A stretch of 64,000 bases of DNA from an uncultured virus (IMG/VR IMGVR_UViG_3300042868_008818) (IMGVR_UViG_3300042868_008818:1-64000), one strand, 5' to 3'. Shown: positions 50,278 through 59,793, counted from the stretch's first letter. Notes: generated by a model not told the origin, from the letters alone. A program made the numbers and translations.

Positions 50278-50973
50278 ATGAGATTATTAAACAAAAATTC
50301 AAAAAGATTTATAGTAAATTTATTTTCTGATTTTATTCTTTCAAAGATAGATAAAACAGAAAAAACTATAATACAAGTTTCTGACTGTAATAGCTTTATT
50401 GTTGTCGCAGGTAAAAGTACCAGTAAGGAGATACTTGATCTACAATCAATAAAAGGAGAGTTCTTTATTAAATTTAAATCTTATTTAGATGACGTTGGTA
50501 TTGATCACATGAATATAATTGATATAATCACCTATGGTGCAACTTTAGAACCATTAGAATGTGGTTGGGTGAATGTTACTAAAGATCTGTATTATAATGT
50601 TCCTGAACCTGTGACAAACATTATAACGACTTCAGAATTTCCTTACGGACATAGTTTAAGTTGTGGTAGATCTATGGTGTATTACTCTAACTACATATTC
50701 AATCATATGTATAGTTTGCTTGGTGTAAAAGATTTAAAATTTTATTTCACAACTGAGGTTGACTCTGATGAAGATTTTAAAATTGAAATTTTATCTAAAT
50801 CTAAAGTTAGTCCTAATGAAATTAAATCTTTGATTTTGGATGTTTTTGATTTTAACCTAAATGAGTTCAATAATAAATTAACTAACTATAACCTTATTGA
50901 AGACATTTTATATCAAGATAACAATAAGCCATACATGGTACAGGACAGATTAGAACATGTAGTTTTATTATAA
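50278..50973 (+). CDS. Hypothetical protein
   Basis: 231 aa ORF. Confidence 0.75.
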   Translation: MRLLNKNSKRFIVNLFSDFILSKIDKTEKTIIQVSDCNSFIVVAGKSTSKEILDLQSIKGEFFIKFKSYLDDVGIDHMNIIDIITYGATLEPLECGWVNVTKDLYYNVPEPVTNIITTSEFPYGHSLSCGRSMVYYSNYIFNHMYSLLGVKDLKFYFTTEVDSDEDFKIEILSKSKVSPNEIKSLILDVFDFNLNEFNNKLTNYNLIEDILYQDNNKPYMVQDRLEHVVLL

Positions 50974-50975
50974 AG

Positions 50976-51000
50976 AAAAACCACCATTAGGTGGTTTTTT
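50976..51000. terminator. Bidirectional terminator
   Basis: aaaaaccacc-atta-ggtggttttt between convergent genes. Confidence 0.8.
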
Positions 51001-51287
51001 TATTTCTTAAAAAATTCTTTTATTATTTTCACCCCATCTTCAATTTCGTCAAAATCTCTTTCAGGAGCAAATAATTTAGTTTTTGGTCTTTTTGAGTTTG
51101 GGTCCTCTATTGTCATAAAAGATGGTACGTATTCATTCTTTGTTATTTCTGTAAAAATATCATACTCCTCTTTATAATCGTCAATATCCCTATCAAAGTA
51201 TTTAATATTTTCTTTATCCAACATATTTTTTAAGTCGTGACAATAAGAACAACTTTTCATGGTATATAGTACAACTATCTTATCCAT
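51000..51287 (-). CDS. Glutaredoxin-like protein
   Basis: LYTMKSCSYC...VP. Confidence 0.8.
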   Translation of the reverse strand: MDKIVVLYTMKSCSYCHDLKNMLDKENIKYFDRDIDDYKEEYDIFTEITKNEYVPSFMTIEDPNSKRPKTKLFAPERDFDEIEDGVKIIKEFFKK

Positions 51288-51290
51288 ATT

Positions 51291-51431
51291 TTATTTATTT
51301 AAGTAATTTATACTATCATTATAATAGTTTTTATTTTGGTTCGACCCATAAGCATCGCAATTAGCGGATTTTGTTGTCTTACATGAAAATAAAACAAAGG
51401 TTAACAAAACTGATAAAATTATTCTATACAT
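51291..51431 (-). CDS. Small lipoprotein (46 aa)
   Basis: Hand translation MYRIILSVLLTFVLFSCKTTKSANCDAYGS... Confidence 0.65.
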   Translation of the reverse strand: MYRIILSVLLTFVLFSCKTTKSANCDAYGSNQNKNYYNDSINYLNK

Positions 51432-51432
51432 A

Positions 51433-51747
51433 TTAATTTAATAAAAGATTTTTAACTAAACTTTTTATGTTGTTTTCAGCCATAACACCAACTCGTGTAT
51501 CAACAACATTTCCCTCATTGAAAATTTTTACAGTAGGGATGCTTCTAATCCCTAGAGTTGAACTAATCTCTTTATTAAGATCCACATTCATCGTATACAT
51601 TTCAACTTCTGTTTCATTTTCCGTTGATACTTTTTCAAAAACTGGTTTCATCATCTTACATGGTCCACACCATTCCGCCCAAAACTCAACAATAACTTTT
51701 TTACCTGAGTTTATTTTTTTTGTTAGTTCATCACCACTAATTTCCAT
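51433..51747 (-). CDS. trxA: Thioredoxin
   Basis: FWAEWCGPCK, IRSIPT. Confidence 0.93.
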   Translation of the reverse strand: MEISGDELTKKINSGKKVIVEFWAEWCGPCKMMKPVFEKVSTENETEVEMYTMNVDLNKEISSTLGIRSIPTVKIFNEGNVVDTRVGVMAENNIKSLVKNLLLN

Positions 51748-52085
51748 TATTTTAATTTTATTAAATTTTTTATGAAGAATTTTATTTCTTCTAATCTTTC
51801 AGGGTCAAAATATATCATGGTTTGATAACCAACTTCATTTGTTTCCTTTTTTGATAAATATATGAATATGTCAGACTTATTTCTAAAAATGGTATCCGTA
51901 TAAAAAAACCCATTTTCATATGTTAACATATCACAATACTCTATCTTAAAATTTTTTTCAAGTAATAATTCAGGAGTTAAATTAAGAGTTCCCTGTATCC
52001 TATTTTTAGATAATAGTTTACCTTCTTTATCGTAAATTGATTTTAAGAACTCATCTTCCTTTCCAAAATAATCTTTTTTATCCAT
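51747..52085 (-). CDS. Hypothetical protein
   Basis: ORF track. Confidence 0.65.
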   Translation of the reverse strand: MDKKDYFGKEDEFLKSIYDKEGKLLSKNRIQGTLNLTPELLLEKNFKIEYCDMLTYENGFFYTDTIFRNKSDIFIYLSKKETNEVGYQTMIYFDPERLEEIKFFIKNLIKLK

Positions 52086-52129
52086 AATATAAGAATAAAA
52101 AAAGTGGTGAAAAAGTCACCACTTCTTTA

Positions 52130-52885
52130 TTAAATCATTTCTTCGGCCAATTCCCAAAGTTTTGTATTGATTGTGTTTTGTGCGATTATGTTATCTATTT
52201 TTCGCATCTTTGCCATTTTACCTCTTTGGTTTGACACTTGTACCCCACCACGGATAAATTTCTCTTGTACGGTGTTAAAAACTCTCCAAAGGTCATCTCC
52301 TTCATCTTCTTGTCGATTAGGTGTTAGAAGACCCAAGATTTCCATATCATTTAATGTTTTTTCAGCATTAAATCTAATTTTTGCAGATTCACGTACAAAA
52401 TTTATTTTTTCATCAACCGTTAGTTCTCGAGACATCATACGACCAACAGATTGTTCAATAAATGGAAGTTTTTTAGAAAAGTTGTCTGCCAACTCTTTAA
52501 CGTCGTCTAATTGAAAGTGGTTATGTCTCATTGTGAATCTCTCAGCGACTGCGGTTGGTACTGTTAATCCGTTTGAACACACAAGTCTGAATAGTCCTGC
52601 ACTCAATGAAAATGCCGATGAACCGTTGTGTGAGTTTTTTACGATCGCCTCAACCAAAGTGTCACCTACTTTTGGTAGTTCACTATTACGGAATCTGATC
52701 TCGTGTAGAGAATGTACTCCCTTCCCTGTTTGTTTTACTGATGCGATTTGCCAACCTTCTCTATCAAAGAATTCCAAAACCTGGTCTGTTGGTACAAATG
52801 TGTACTTTTCTGTCATCTTAGGTGAGGCTGAAGTTGCAAATACTGAAGGTGCTTGTGTTTTAATAAGTTCTGGTGTGTAGATCAT
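52130..52885 (-). CDS. DUF932/DUF945 family protein
   Basis: APSVFA, YTFVPT, NSHNGSS, GLFRLVCSNGL, LWRVFNTVQE, NTKLWELAE. Confidence 0.85.
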   Translation of the reverse strand: MIYTPELIKTQAPSVFATSASPKMTEKYTFVPTDQVLEFFDREGWQIASVKQTGKGVHSLHEIRFRNSELPKVGDTLVEAIVKNSHNGSSAFSLSAGLFRLVCSNGLTVPTAVAERFTMRHNHFQLDDVKELADNFSKKLPFIEQSVGRMMSRELTVDEKINFVRESAKIRFNAEKTLNDMEILGLLTPNRQEDEGDDLWRVFNTVQEKFIRGGVQVSNQRGKMAKMRKIDNIIAQNTINTKLWELAEEMI

Positions 52886-52941
52886 GTCTTTAGATTTAAA
52901 ATTATAAAACAAATGTAATGGTTTATTTTAAATAAACAAAA

Positions 52942-53232
52942 TTAATTTAAAATAATATCACCAAATTTTGTTCTTTGTATTATCTTATCAATATAAGGTT
53001 TTTTTTCTCCCTTAATGATAGGTAATTTTAATTCCAATACCACCTCAACAATTTGTGACTTTGTTAAAATATAATCCTGACCCTTTTCAAAATTAGAAAT
53101 AGCTCTTTCTTTTAATTTTACATAGAATTCATCCTTTTGTAAGTCACCTATTAAAACAAGCAAATCATTAGGATTTTTTTCAAAAAAATTAATGAGGTTA
53201 CTAATATAAACCTCTATGTCTACGTTTTTCAT
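52942..53232 (-). CDS. Hypothetical protein
   Basis: Start moved to MKNVD to remove the overlap with the upstream gene. Confidence 0.7.
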   Translation of the reverse strand: MKNVDIEVYISNLINFFEKNPNDLLVLIGDLQKDEFYVKLKERAISNFEKGQDYILTKSQIVEVVLELKLPIIKGEKKPYIDKIIQRTKFGDIILN

Positions 53233-53233
53233 T

Positions 53234-55168
53234 TTAGTCTTCGCTTTTACAACCTCTTTTCTTTTTAAGTTCCGGTGGGAAATTAACAATAAAGAAGTCT
53301 TCGGTTGGTATCATGTATTTAAATAACTCTTTAGGTAGTCTATCAACATCAATACCAGAATCTAACACTGACACAAATGTCAGACAGTATAATGTTGATA
53401 ATGATTTTGGTAAAGTTTTAAGTTCCTTATTCCCGGTAACGTTTAGGAATGATAATACTCCACACTCACCAATAGATTCAGGTAAACTTTTTATTATGTT
53501 GTCAGCAACAAAGGTCTTTAAATTTTTAAATCTTGATATATTTGCTGGCACATCAAATGGTTTTACTTTATCTGATTTGTTTTCTAAGTTAATAAACTGA
53601 GTATCTTTAGGTAACATTTCGAATAAAGTTTCTAACCCAAACATCATAGCAAATTTGGCAACAGAATCATTAGGGAAAGAAATAGGTAAATATGACAGGT
53701 CAAGATTTTTCTTAGCCAATTGTTTTGCGTATGAATTAATAAGTGCCTCATGGTAAGGAGCCATCTCATCACTCATAATTAAGGAAACATCCGCTTCACT
53801 TAATTTGTCAATATCTGTTAACAACAACGATTTTCTTTTCTTTGAAAGGTAATAATCCTTACTTTCTTTGTCACTTACTTTAAGCATTTCACCATTAATC
53901 TTACCATCCATACCAATGTATTTGTGTCTTAAGTATGGTGTAAAGTTTGCCCATATTTGATCACCATTACCAACAGTTGTTAAGTCAGGTGTTCTTAATT
54001 CTAACCATAATTCAACATTCTCTTCTGATCCTAATTCCTTTATCGCATCGTCTGTTGTTAAATTTTTTCTTTCAAAAGTCATCATCATACTTTGTTGTTC
54101 ACTTGAGTATGGATTAGGTTTGAAGTATTTTTCTTTTCCGTTTAGGTTTGGTATTTTTTGTACAATCTCACTAAAAGGCATAATCGTAGATCCTGCGAAT
54201 CTACCTGAGTTAGTTCCATCCGCCAATCTAAATTGTGTGTTATTTCTCCAATCGTTATCGACTAAGATTACCACCGCATAATTAACATCACTTTCTTTTA
54301 AATTTTTATTAATTACATAGTATAAAGTTAAATTCTGTCTTAATCTATAATTGTAATAATAGTTTGAGGATCCCTCCCAAGATGTACACCATCTTCTATC
54401 AGGAGCGAATTTTTTTCTAATATTAATACACTTATGTTTTTGATCAGGTGCAAATATTAATATAGTGTCATCCTCATATGTGACATCAACATCATTAACA
54501 TCAACTTCAGGCATTTTATATTCATCCTGCATAGGTAAAACGTCAACAACATGTTCAAACTCAATAAAAGTCATCATACCCGCCGGTTTAGTATTAATAG
54601 GGACCAAAGGATAGTTTGCAATATACCTATCAACCCTATTAACAACTTGTTCTATATTTTCTTGGGGATTTTCTTTAACCAACTTTTCAGTTAACTTTTC
54701 TTTCATAAAATTTTCAAAGTCTCTTCTTATTAAAGCAGAAAGTTCTATGGATGTCATAGTTAAAATGTCTTTTCTGAACTTCTTAGAATCCAAAGCTTTC
54801 ATTTCAAAAAATTTCTTAATGTTTAACTTTGTTAATCTTTTATCTGCTCCGGCATTTTTTTCCATGAAAGTCTTATAAATGTCATCGAAAGATTTTTTAG
54901 ACTTTTGACTCTCAGACTTAGAGTTTACAACATCTTTTAGTTTTTGATAGTCATAAGTAAAGATATCTCTCTCATTACCCTGTAAAGTGCCTTTAAATCT
55001 TTCAAAATCAGATATTGTTTGTTTAATAACCTCAATCGAATCTTCTGTTTGGCCAGAAAATTTTCCAACAAGTTTTTTAACGGTAGATTCTGGATATTCA
55101 AGTAATAACCTATTTTTTTTATTCGTATTTTCTTTAACTATATTTGATAATAATTTAACAAGTTCCAT
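53234..55168 (-). CDS. Leader-bearing WC-domain protein with C-terminal leucine-rich repeats
   Basis: MELVKLLSNIVKE...LLLE; RRWCTSW; IKSLPESIGECGVLSFLNVTGNKELKTLPKSL. Confidence 0.75.
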   Translation of the reverse strand: MELVKLLSNIVKENTNKKNRLLLEYPESTVKKLVGKFSGQTEDSIEVIKQTISDFERFKGTLQGNERDIFTYDYQKLKDVVNSKSESQKSKKSFDDIYKTFMEKNAGADKRLTKLNIKKFFEMKALDSKKFRKDILTMTSIELSALIRRDFENFMKEKLTEKLVKENPQENIEQVVNRVDRYIANYPLVPINTKPAGMMTFIEFEHVVDVLPMQDEYKMPEVDVNDVDVTYEDDTILIFAPDQKHKCINIRKKFAPDRRWCTSWEGSSNYYYNYRLRQNLTLYYVINKNLKESDVNYAVVILVDNDWRNNTQFRLADGTNSGRFAGSTIMPFSEIVQKIPNLNGKEKYFKPNPYSSEQQSMMMTFERKNLTTDDAIKELGSEENVELWLELRTPDLTTVGNGDQIWANFTPYLRHKYIGMDGKINGEMLKVSDKESKDYYLSKKRKSLLLTDIDKLSEADVSLIMSDEMAPYHEALINSYAKQLAKKNLDLSYLPISFPNDSVAKFAMMFGLETLFEMLPKDTQFINLENKSDKVKPFDVPANISRFKNLKTFVADNIIKSLPESIGECGVLSFLNVTGNKELKTLPKSLSTLYCLTFVSVLDSGIDVDRLPKELFKYMIPTEDFFIVNFPPELKKKRGCKSED

Positions 55169-55211
55169 GATATTTTTTTATTAATAAATATTAGAATTAT
55201 GAAAAAAAATC

Positions 55212-56057
55212 TTAATAGTTCATTATTAATATCTCTTCTCCCATATTTTGTTTTTTACCTTTTTTTGCTGCCGCGGCCTTTGCAAACTCCTTTGATTCCC
55301 ATCTGTATTCATTTTTAGGGAACCATTCGGATAATAAAGGGAAATCATAATACGATAAAGAAAACTTACCTTCAATGTTTTTCAACGTGTTTGCCAATCT
55401 TTCATGGTCTTGTCTATCAAAATCATGGTTAGAATAATAGTTTTCTGTTTTCCAATATGGTGGATCCAAATAAATGTATGTGGATGGTGAGTCATATTTT
55501 TCAATTACATCCGCAAAGTCCATATTTTCCACTTCTGTGATCTTAATAAAATGATCAATCCAATCAGGCTTTGATAGTTTATCTCTAAACGTCAAATACT
55601 TTGACTTGTACTTACCTTTAAGGTCAATAAAAGAACTTGTTTCAGGTTTTGATCCACTAAATACTTGAGTTAAAACGTAAACATATTTTGCCGCAACTTC
55701 ATAATCGCCAGGTTTTACGCTGAAACCTTCATTAAATATTTCAGCTTGGAACCTGATAAATTGTTCTTTATATAATGGTGGAGTTGTCACCTCACCAAAT
55801 TTTTGACAATCAATTGAGTTGATTGCCTTCAATAACTCCGTTGGGTTTTGGATACACTTAAATAAGTTGTAGTTTAATGGGTTAAAGTCGTTGTAAACAA
55901 CTTTCTTTAGGTTGGGGAACTCTTTTAAGTCCATATTATAAAAACACCAAAACATCCCTCCAAACGTCTCAACATACGTTTCCATATTCTTATCATAGAA
56001 AGGGACGATCCACTTTCCTATTTTACTTTTTCCTCCGATATAACTTAACATATTCAA
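55212..56057 (-). CDS. DNA adenine methyltransferase, D12/Dam-like
   Basis: YIGGKS, YVETFGG, VYND, YLDPPY, EILIMNY. Confidence 0.9.
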   Translation of the reverse strand: MNMLSYIGGKSKIGKWIVPFYDKNMETYVETFGGMFWCFYNMDLKEFPNLKKVVYNDFNPLNYNLFKCIQNPTELLKAINSIDCQKFGEVTTPPLYKEQFIRFQAEIFNEGFSVKPGDYEVAAKYVYVLTQVFSGSKPETSSFIDLKGKYKSKYLTFRDKLSKPDWIDHFIKITEVENMDFADVIEKYDSPSTYIYLDPPYWKTENYYSNHDFDRQDHERLANTLKNIEGKFSLSYYDFPLLSEWFPKNEYRWESKEFAKAAAAKKGKKQNMGEEILIMNY

Positions 56058-56170
56058 AAAATAATAAACTTATCGTAATTAATCAACAAGAAAAAAATAT
56101 AAAAAAACTTTGGTGGATAAATATAAAACAACTATATTTGTATTGTGGATGTGGTTAACCACTAAACAAA

Positions 56171-56269
56171 ATGGATGATTTGGTACACCATTTAAAAAAC
56201 GCAAGTCGTGATGTCATCTTACGGTTATTAGAGACAGGTCAAAATACCTTCCTAACAGGAAAAATATAA
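56171..56269 (+). CDS. Possible 32-aa peptide, or small RNA, in its own transcription unit
   Basis: MDDLVHHLKNASRDVILRLLETGQNTFLTGKI between TATATTTG (56133-56140) and a terminator. Confidence 0.4.
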   Translation: MDDLVHHLKNASRDVILRLLETGQNTFLTGKI

Positions 56270-56296
56270 AGAGGGGACTTTTGGTCCCCTTTTTTT
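56270..56296 (+). terminator. Intrinsic terminator
   Basis: aggggac-ttttg-gtcccct followed by a T run. Confidence 0.8.
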
Positions 56297-56317
56297 ATTT
56301 CATTATATTTATTAATA

Positions 56318-56824
56318 ATGAAAACATTAAATATTCTTAAAAATTTAATTTTAGAAAATAGGGGTAAATACCATAGGTTATTTACTTCTCCTGAAGGAGT
56401 TAAATTTATCGCAACAACTCATCAAACAGAAGATAGAAAAAGTAATTTAAGTTATGACGAAATAAAAGACATAATTCTAACCGCAATTAACTCAAATAGT
56501 AATACACATACACGAGTTGGGGTTCCTAACCTTATGATTTCAAAACTAATAAGAGACAAATATAGAAAAATACTTAATGAATTTTCCTTAAATTCGGAAG
56601 AGAAAAAAATAAAATTTGTACACAAAAGAAATAATAATGAAGATGAGGAAGTTTTTGACTACATTGAATTTATCCTTAGTCGTGATGAAGATAATACTTT
56701 TTTAGTGGTGTCAAGTACTTTTTCCGATAATGGTAATTATTTAAAACTTTACGGTAGAGATGCTGTCCAAGCAAGAAAAGTTATAATAGAAAAGTATTTT
56801 CATTTAAGAACCGTGTTATTATAA
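56318..56824 (+). CDS. Leader-bearing hypothetical protein
   Basis: MKTLNILKNLILE; TATTTAT 5 nt upstream. Confidence 0.8.
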   Translation: MKTLNILKNLILENRGKYHRLFTSPEGVKFIATTHQTEDRKSNLSYDEIKDIILTAINSNSNTHTRVGVPNLMISKLIRDKYRKILNEFSLNSEEKKIKFVHKRNNNEDEEVFDYIEFILSRDEDNTFLVVSSTFSDNGNYLKLYGRDAVQARKVIIEKYFHLRTVLL

Positions 56825-56831
56825 TTAATTT

Positions 56832-56990
56832 ATGGAAAAGAAAGAAGCAACTAAAGTCACAGGATGTCGTAAATGTAATAAAGGACAAGAAAATTTACAA
56901 ATGTTTTTAGTAATCTCAGGTGGATTATTATTTTCTTTGGCGATTTACGGAGCCGTTAGATTGGTTCAAGACATCATATCTTGGTTTTAA
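56832..56990 (+). CDS. Small membrane protein (52 aa) with CxxC
   Basis: Hand translation MEKKEATKVTGCRKCNK...LVISGGLLFSLAIYGAV. Confidence 0.6.
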   Translation: MEKKEATKVTGCRKCNKGQENLQMFLVISGGLLFSLAIYGAVRLVQDIISWF

Positions 56991-57910
56991 TCCCTATCAT
57001 ATTTCAAATATGGTCTTATTAACAGATCTCCTATAACAGTCTGCAATCTAAATCCTTTACTCTTAATTCTCAATGGTTTAGATGTATCCATATGTTTTGG
57101 GAAATTGACCGATATGTCCCCATCAGGGTGTGGAACTATAAAATTATCCTTGTTAATCTCTTCTAAATTAAAAAACTTATTATAAATTAAATGTTCCCCA
57201 AATTTTTCAAATCCACTCTCATTTGTTAAACTAATTTTTAATAATAAATCCCCGTATATTCCATTACCATAATCGCCCATATCATTTAGTCTCAACATTT
57301 GTCCATCATCAATACCATGTGGTACTTTAACTTCAACTGACTTTACCTCATCTTTTGTACCAGATCCATGACAAGCATAACAAGCATTCGTTATAATTGT
57401 TCCAAATCCTCGACAAGAGTCACATGGAGATTGTACCATTTGTACGAACATTCCACTCCCCATTTGTTTCCAAGTAATCCCTTCTCCTTTACATGTTTCA
57501 CAAACTTTTTTATCACCACCAGTACCATTACAAGGATCACACTTTTCTTTTCTTTTATAATTTAACGAAACTTTTTCATTAGTGAAACTTTTTAAAACAT
57601 CCACACTTAAGTTGATTACTCTTGATGGTTTTCTTTGTTGTCTAAATTGATTATTAAACATCTCATACATATCCGAAAATTGATTGAACTTTGAATTACC
57701 AAATGGGTTCTTTCTTTGGATGTCGTACTCTCTACGTTTATTGTCATCTCCAATCACATCATAAGCACCAGATATTTTCTTAAACAATTCTTCATCCCCG
57801 CCTTTATCTGGGTGGTTTTCCTTTGCTAAACTTCTATAGGCCTTCTTAATTTCGTCTTGTGTTGCCGTCTCCTCAACGCCTAATATGTTATAATAATTTT
57901 CAGAGTTCAT
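56987..57910 (-). CDS. dnaJ: DnaJ chaperone
   Basis: J domain HPD; four CxxCxGxG repeats; C-terminal domain. Confidence 0.95.
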   Translation of the reverse strand: MNSENYYNILGVEETATQDEIKKAYRSLAKENHPDKGGDEELFKKISGAYDVIGDDNKRREYDIQRKNPFGNSKFNQFSDMYEMFNNQFRQQRKPSRVINLSVDVLKSFTNEKVSLNYKRKEKCDPCNGTGGDKKVCETCKGEGITWKQMGSGMFVQMVQSPCDSCRGFGTIITNACYACHGSGTKDEVKSVEVKVPHGIDDGQMLRLNDMGDYGNGIYGDLLLKISLTNESGFEKFGEHLIYNKFFNLEEINKDNFIVPHPDGDISVNFPKHMDTSKPLRIKSKGFRLQTVIGDLLIRPYLKYDRD

Positions 57911-57954
57911 TTATTAATTTTTTGTTGTATTATTTGTAATATAGGATAAAAAAT

Positions 57955-58593
57955 ATGAAATATCTAATAGTCTTATTTAAAAATAAGAAAAGAAAAAAGA
58001 TTTTAAATAAATTTAAAACATTAGAGAGGGCAAACAAATATTTTAACGATACCCTTAAAACAAGTAACAATGTTTTATTTTCAAAATCATTCGAGAATGG
58101 TAAACCTTGTAAGTATGAGATTGGGTTTTTAGAATCCGGTTCAACAGACTTTAATTTATATTTCGTTAAAGACGAACTAGGAAGACAAATAAAAGTGGAT
58201 ATTGACGATCCTGATTACCGTCTTACTAAGATTGTTGATTATAACATTGAAGAGTTACTATATGATGTTGATGAAAAGAATAAAATATCTTTCGGTGGTT
58301 TTATTAAAAAGTATCTAACAAGGTCAGGAATAAAATTAATATCTAAACTTAATAATAAAGTCGCAATACAAAATGATGATAAGGTAAATTTGGTTTCTTT
58401 AAAATCTATTGATGAATGTTCAAGATTTATAGATGTTCTTGAGGATTATTTAATAAAAAATGGTAGGTTGGATTGTATCTTGGTTAAGGATACCTCTAAA
58501 CAACAAAAAAAATACCTTTATACTATTTTAGAGTCTAAAGGTATTGATAAATCATTTCTTTATAGAAGGTTTACTACGTTTACTAGGGAATAG
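57955..58593 (+). CDS. Hypothetical protein
   Basis: 212 aa ORF. Confidence 0.75.
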   Translation: MKYLIVLFKNKKRKKILNKFKTLERANKYFNDTLKTSNNVLFSKSFENGKPCKYEIGFLESGSTDFNLYFVKDELGRQIKVDIDDPDYRLTKIVDYNIEELLYDVDEKNKISFGGFIKKYLTRSGIKLISKLNNKVAIQNDDKVNLVSLKSIDECSRFIDVLEDYLIKNGRLDCILVKDTSKQQKKYLYTILESKGIDKSFLYRRFTTFTRE

Positions 58594-59621
58594 TCTTTCC
58601 CAAAAACTTATTTTTTTCTTTTCAATAACTTCTTCTTCAAGAACTTCTTCCTCGTAAATTTTATTATTGATAAAAACAATTTCTGTCCCTGAAATTTCAA
58701 CTTTAAATCTTAATCTATTACTATCAACTTTTCTAAAATTTTTTTGTACTTCTTTAAAATCTTCATTGTCTAATTCATACACCAAAATTGTTTTTCCTGA
58801 AGGAAAAATATTATTAGCGGCATCAGTAACAATAACTAATTTTTCTAAGATATCATTAATATTTTTTTCAGTTTCTCCCATAAAGTAAGTTTCTTAGGTT
58901 TTTTTGGTAATATATCCTCTTTTTTTAATTCTTTGATCTTATTGATAAAGTTATTTTTTTCAAAATTTAAATCTTTAGAGTCTCTTTCTATTTCATTTTT
59001 TAACCAATCAATCTCAGCCTCCAATTTGCTTTTCTTCTTCATCATCTTCTAACTCAATTTTAGGTGATTTTATTTCAAATTTCAATCCTTGTAGATCATT
59101 TAATTTTTGTTTTTCAAAAATATGTTTTAGTTCGTCTATCTTTTGTTGGAATAGTTTGTCTTTGTCTTCTCTTTCCTTATTGTAAGCAATTATATTTTTT
59201 ATATTAGTGATCTGATTATCAATTAATTGTTCATTAAATTCACTAACAAAAGAAAACAACCTTACGTTAGGGTTTTGGGTTTTACTTTCTAGTACGCTTT
59301 TTTCATCGACAAATTTTTTAGGTAATTTCCAAGTGTCTGGAAATTCTATGTCAAATGATAGATAATTTTTTAATTTTCTTACCGATTGTAAGTACGGAAA
59401 TAAGATATTAAATTCTTGGAACATGCTCATTCGTTTGTTTGTATTAAAAATGTTATTATATAAGTTAAAGATAAACCATACAAAAATATTTCCCTACCAC
59501 TTAAATCAATTGGTTTAGGATTACTATGTAGTAGGGAAATAACAAATTTTAGAAAAATTCTAAATATTGATAATATTGAAAATATAAATACAAAAAGATA
59601 TAATGTATTAATGTTTGTCAT
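58552..59621 (-). CDS. Four small hypothetical genes (58552-58881, 58845-59045, 59014-59430, 59427-59621 membrane)
   Basis: ORF track; coupled. Confidence 0.65.
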
Positions 59622-59622
59622 A

Positions 59623-59793
59623 TTATACTTTTTTACTTTCTAAAATTTCACCTCTTAGTTGTTGCATTAAAGCCTTTAACTCCTGAGCCGATTTTCTTGC
59701 TCTTGTTCCCGCACTTTTATTACCCTCAAAAAATTTTGTGGTATCTACGCTAAGTTGTTCTGTTAAAACTTTGATTTTTTCAAGTGTTTCCAT
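59623..59793 (-). CDS. Histone H1-like (Hc1-family) small nucleoid protein, 56 aa
   Basis: Hand translation METLEKIKVLTEQLSVDTTKFFEGNKSAGTRARKSAQELKALMQQLRGEILESKKV; GNKxAGTRARK signature. Confidence 0.8.
   Translation of the reverse strand: METLEKIKVLTEQLSVDTTKFFEGNKSAGTRARKSAQELKALMQQLRGEILESKKV

Noticed and set aside
44490..56057. Restriction-modification systems
   Set aside because: Neither methyltransferase has a recognisable adjacent endonuclease; treated as orphan methylases.
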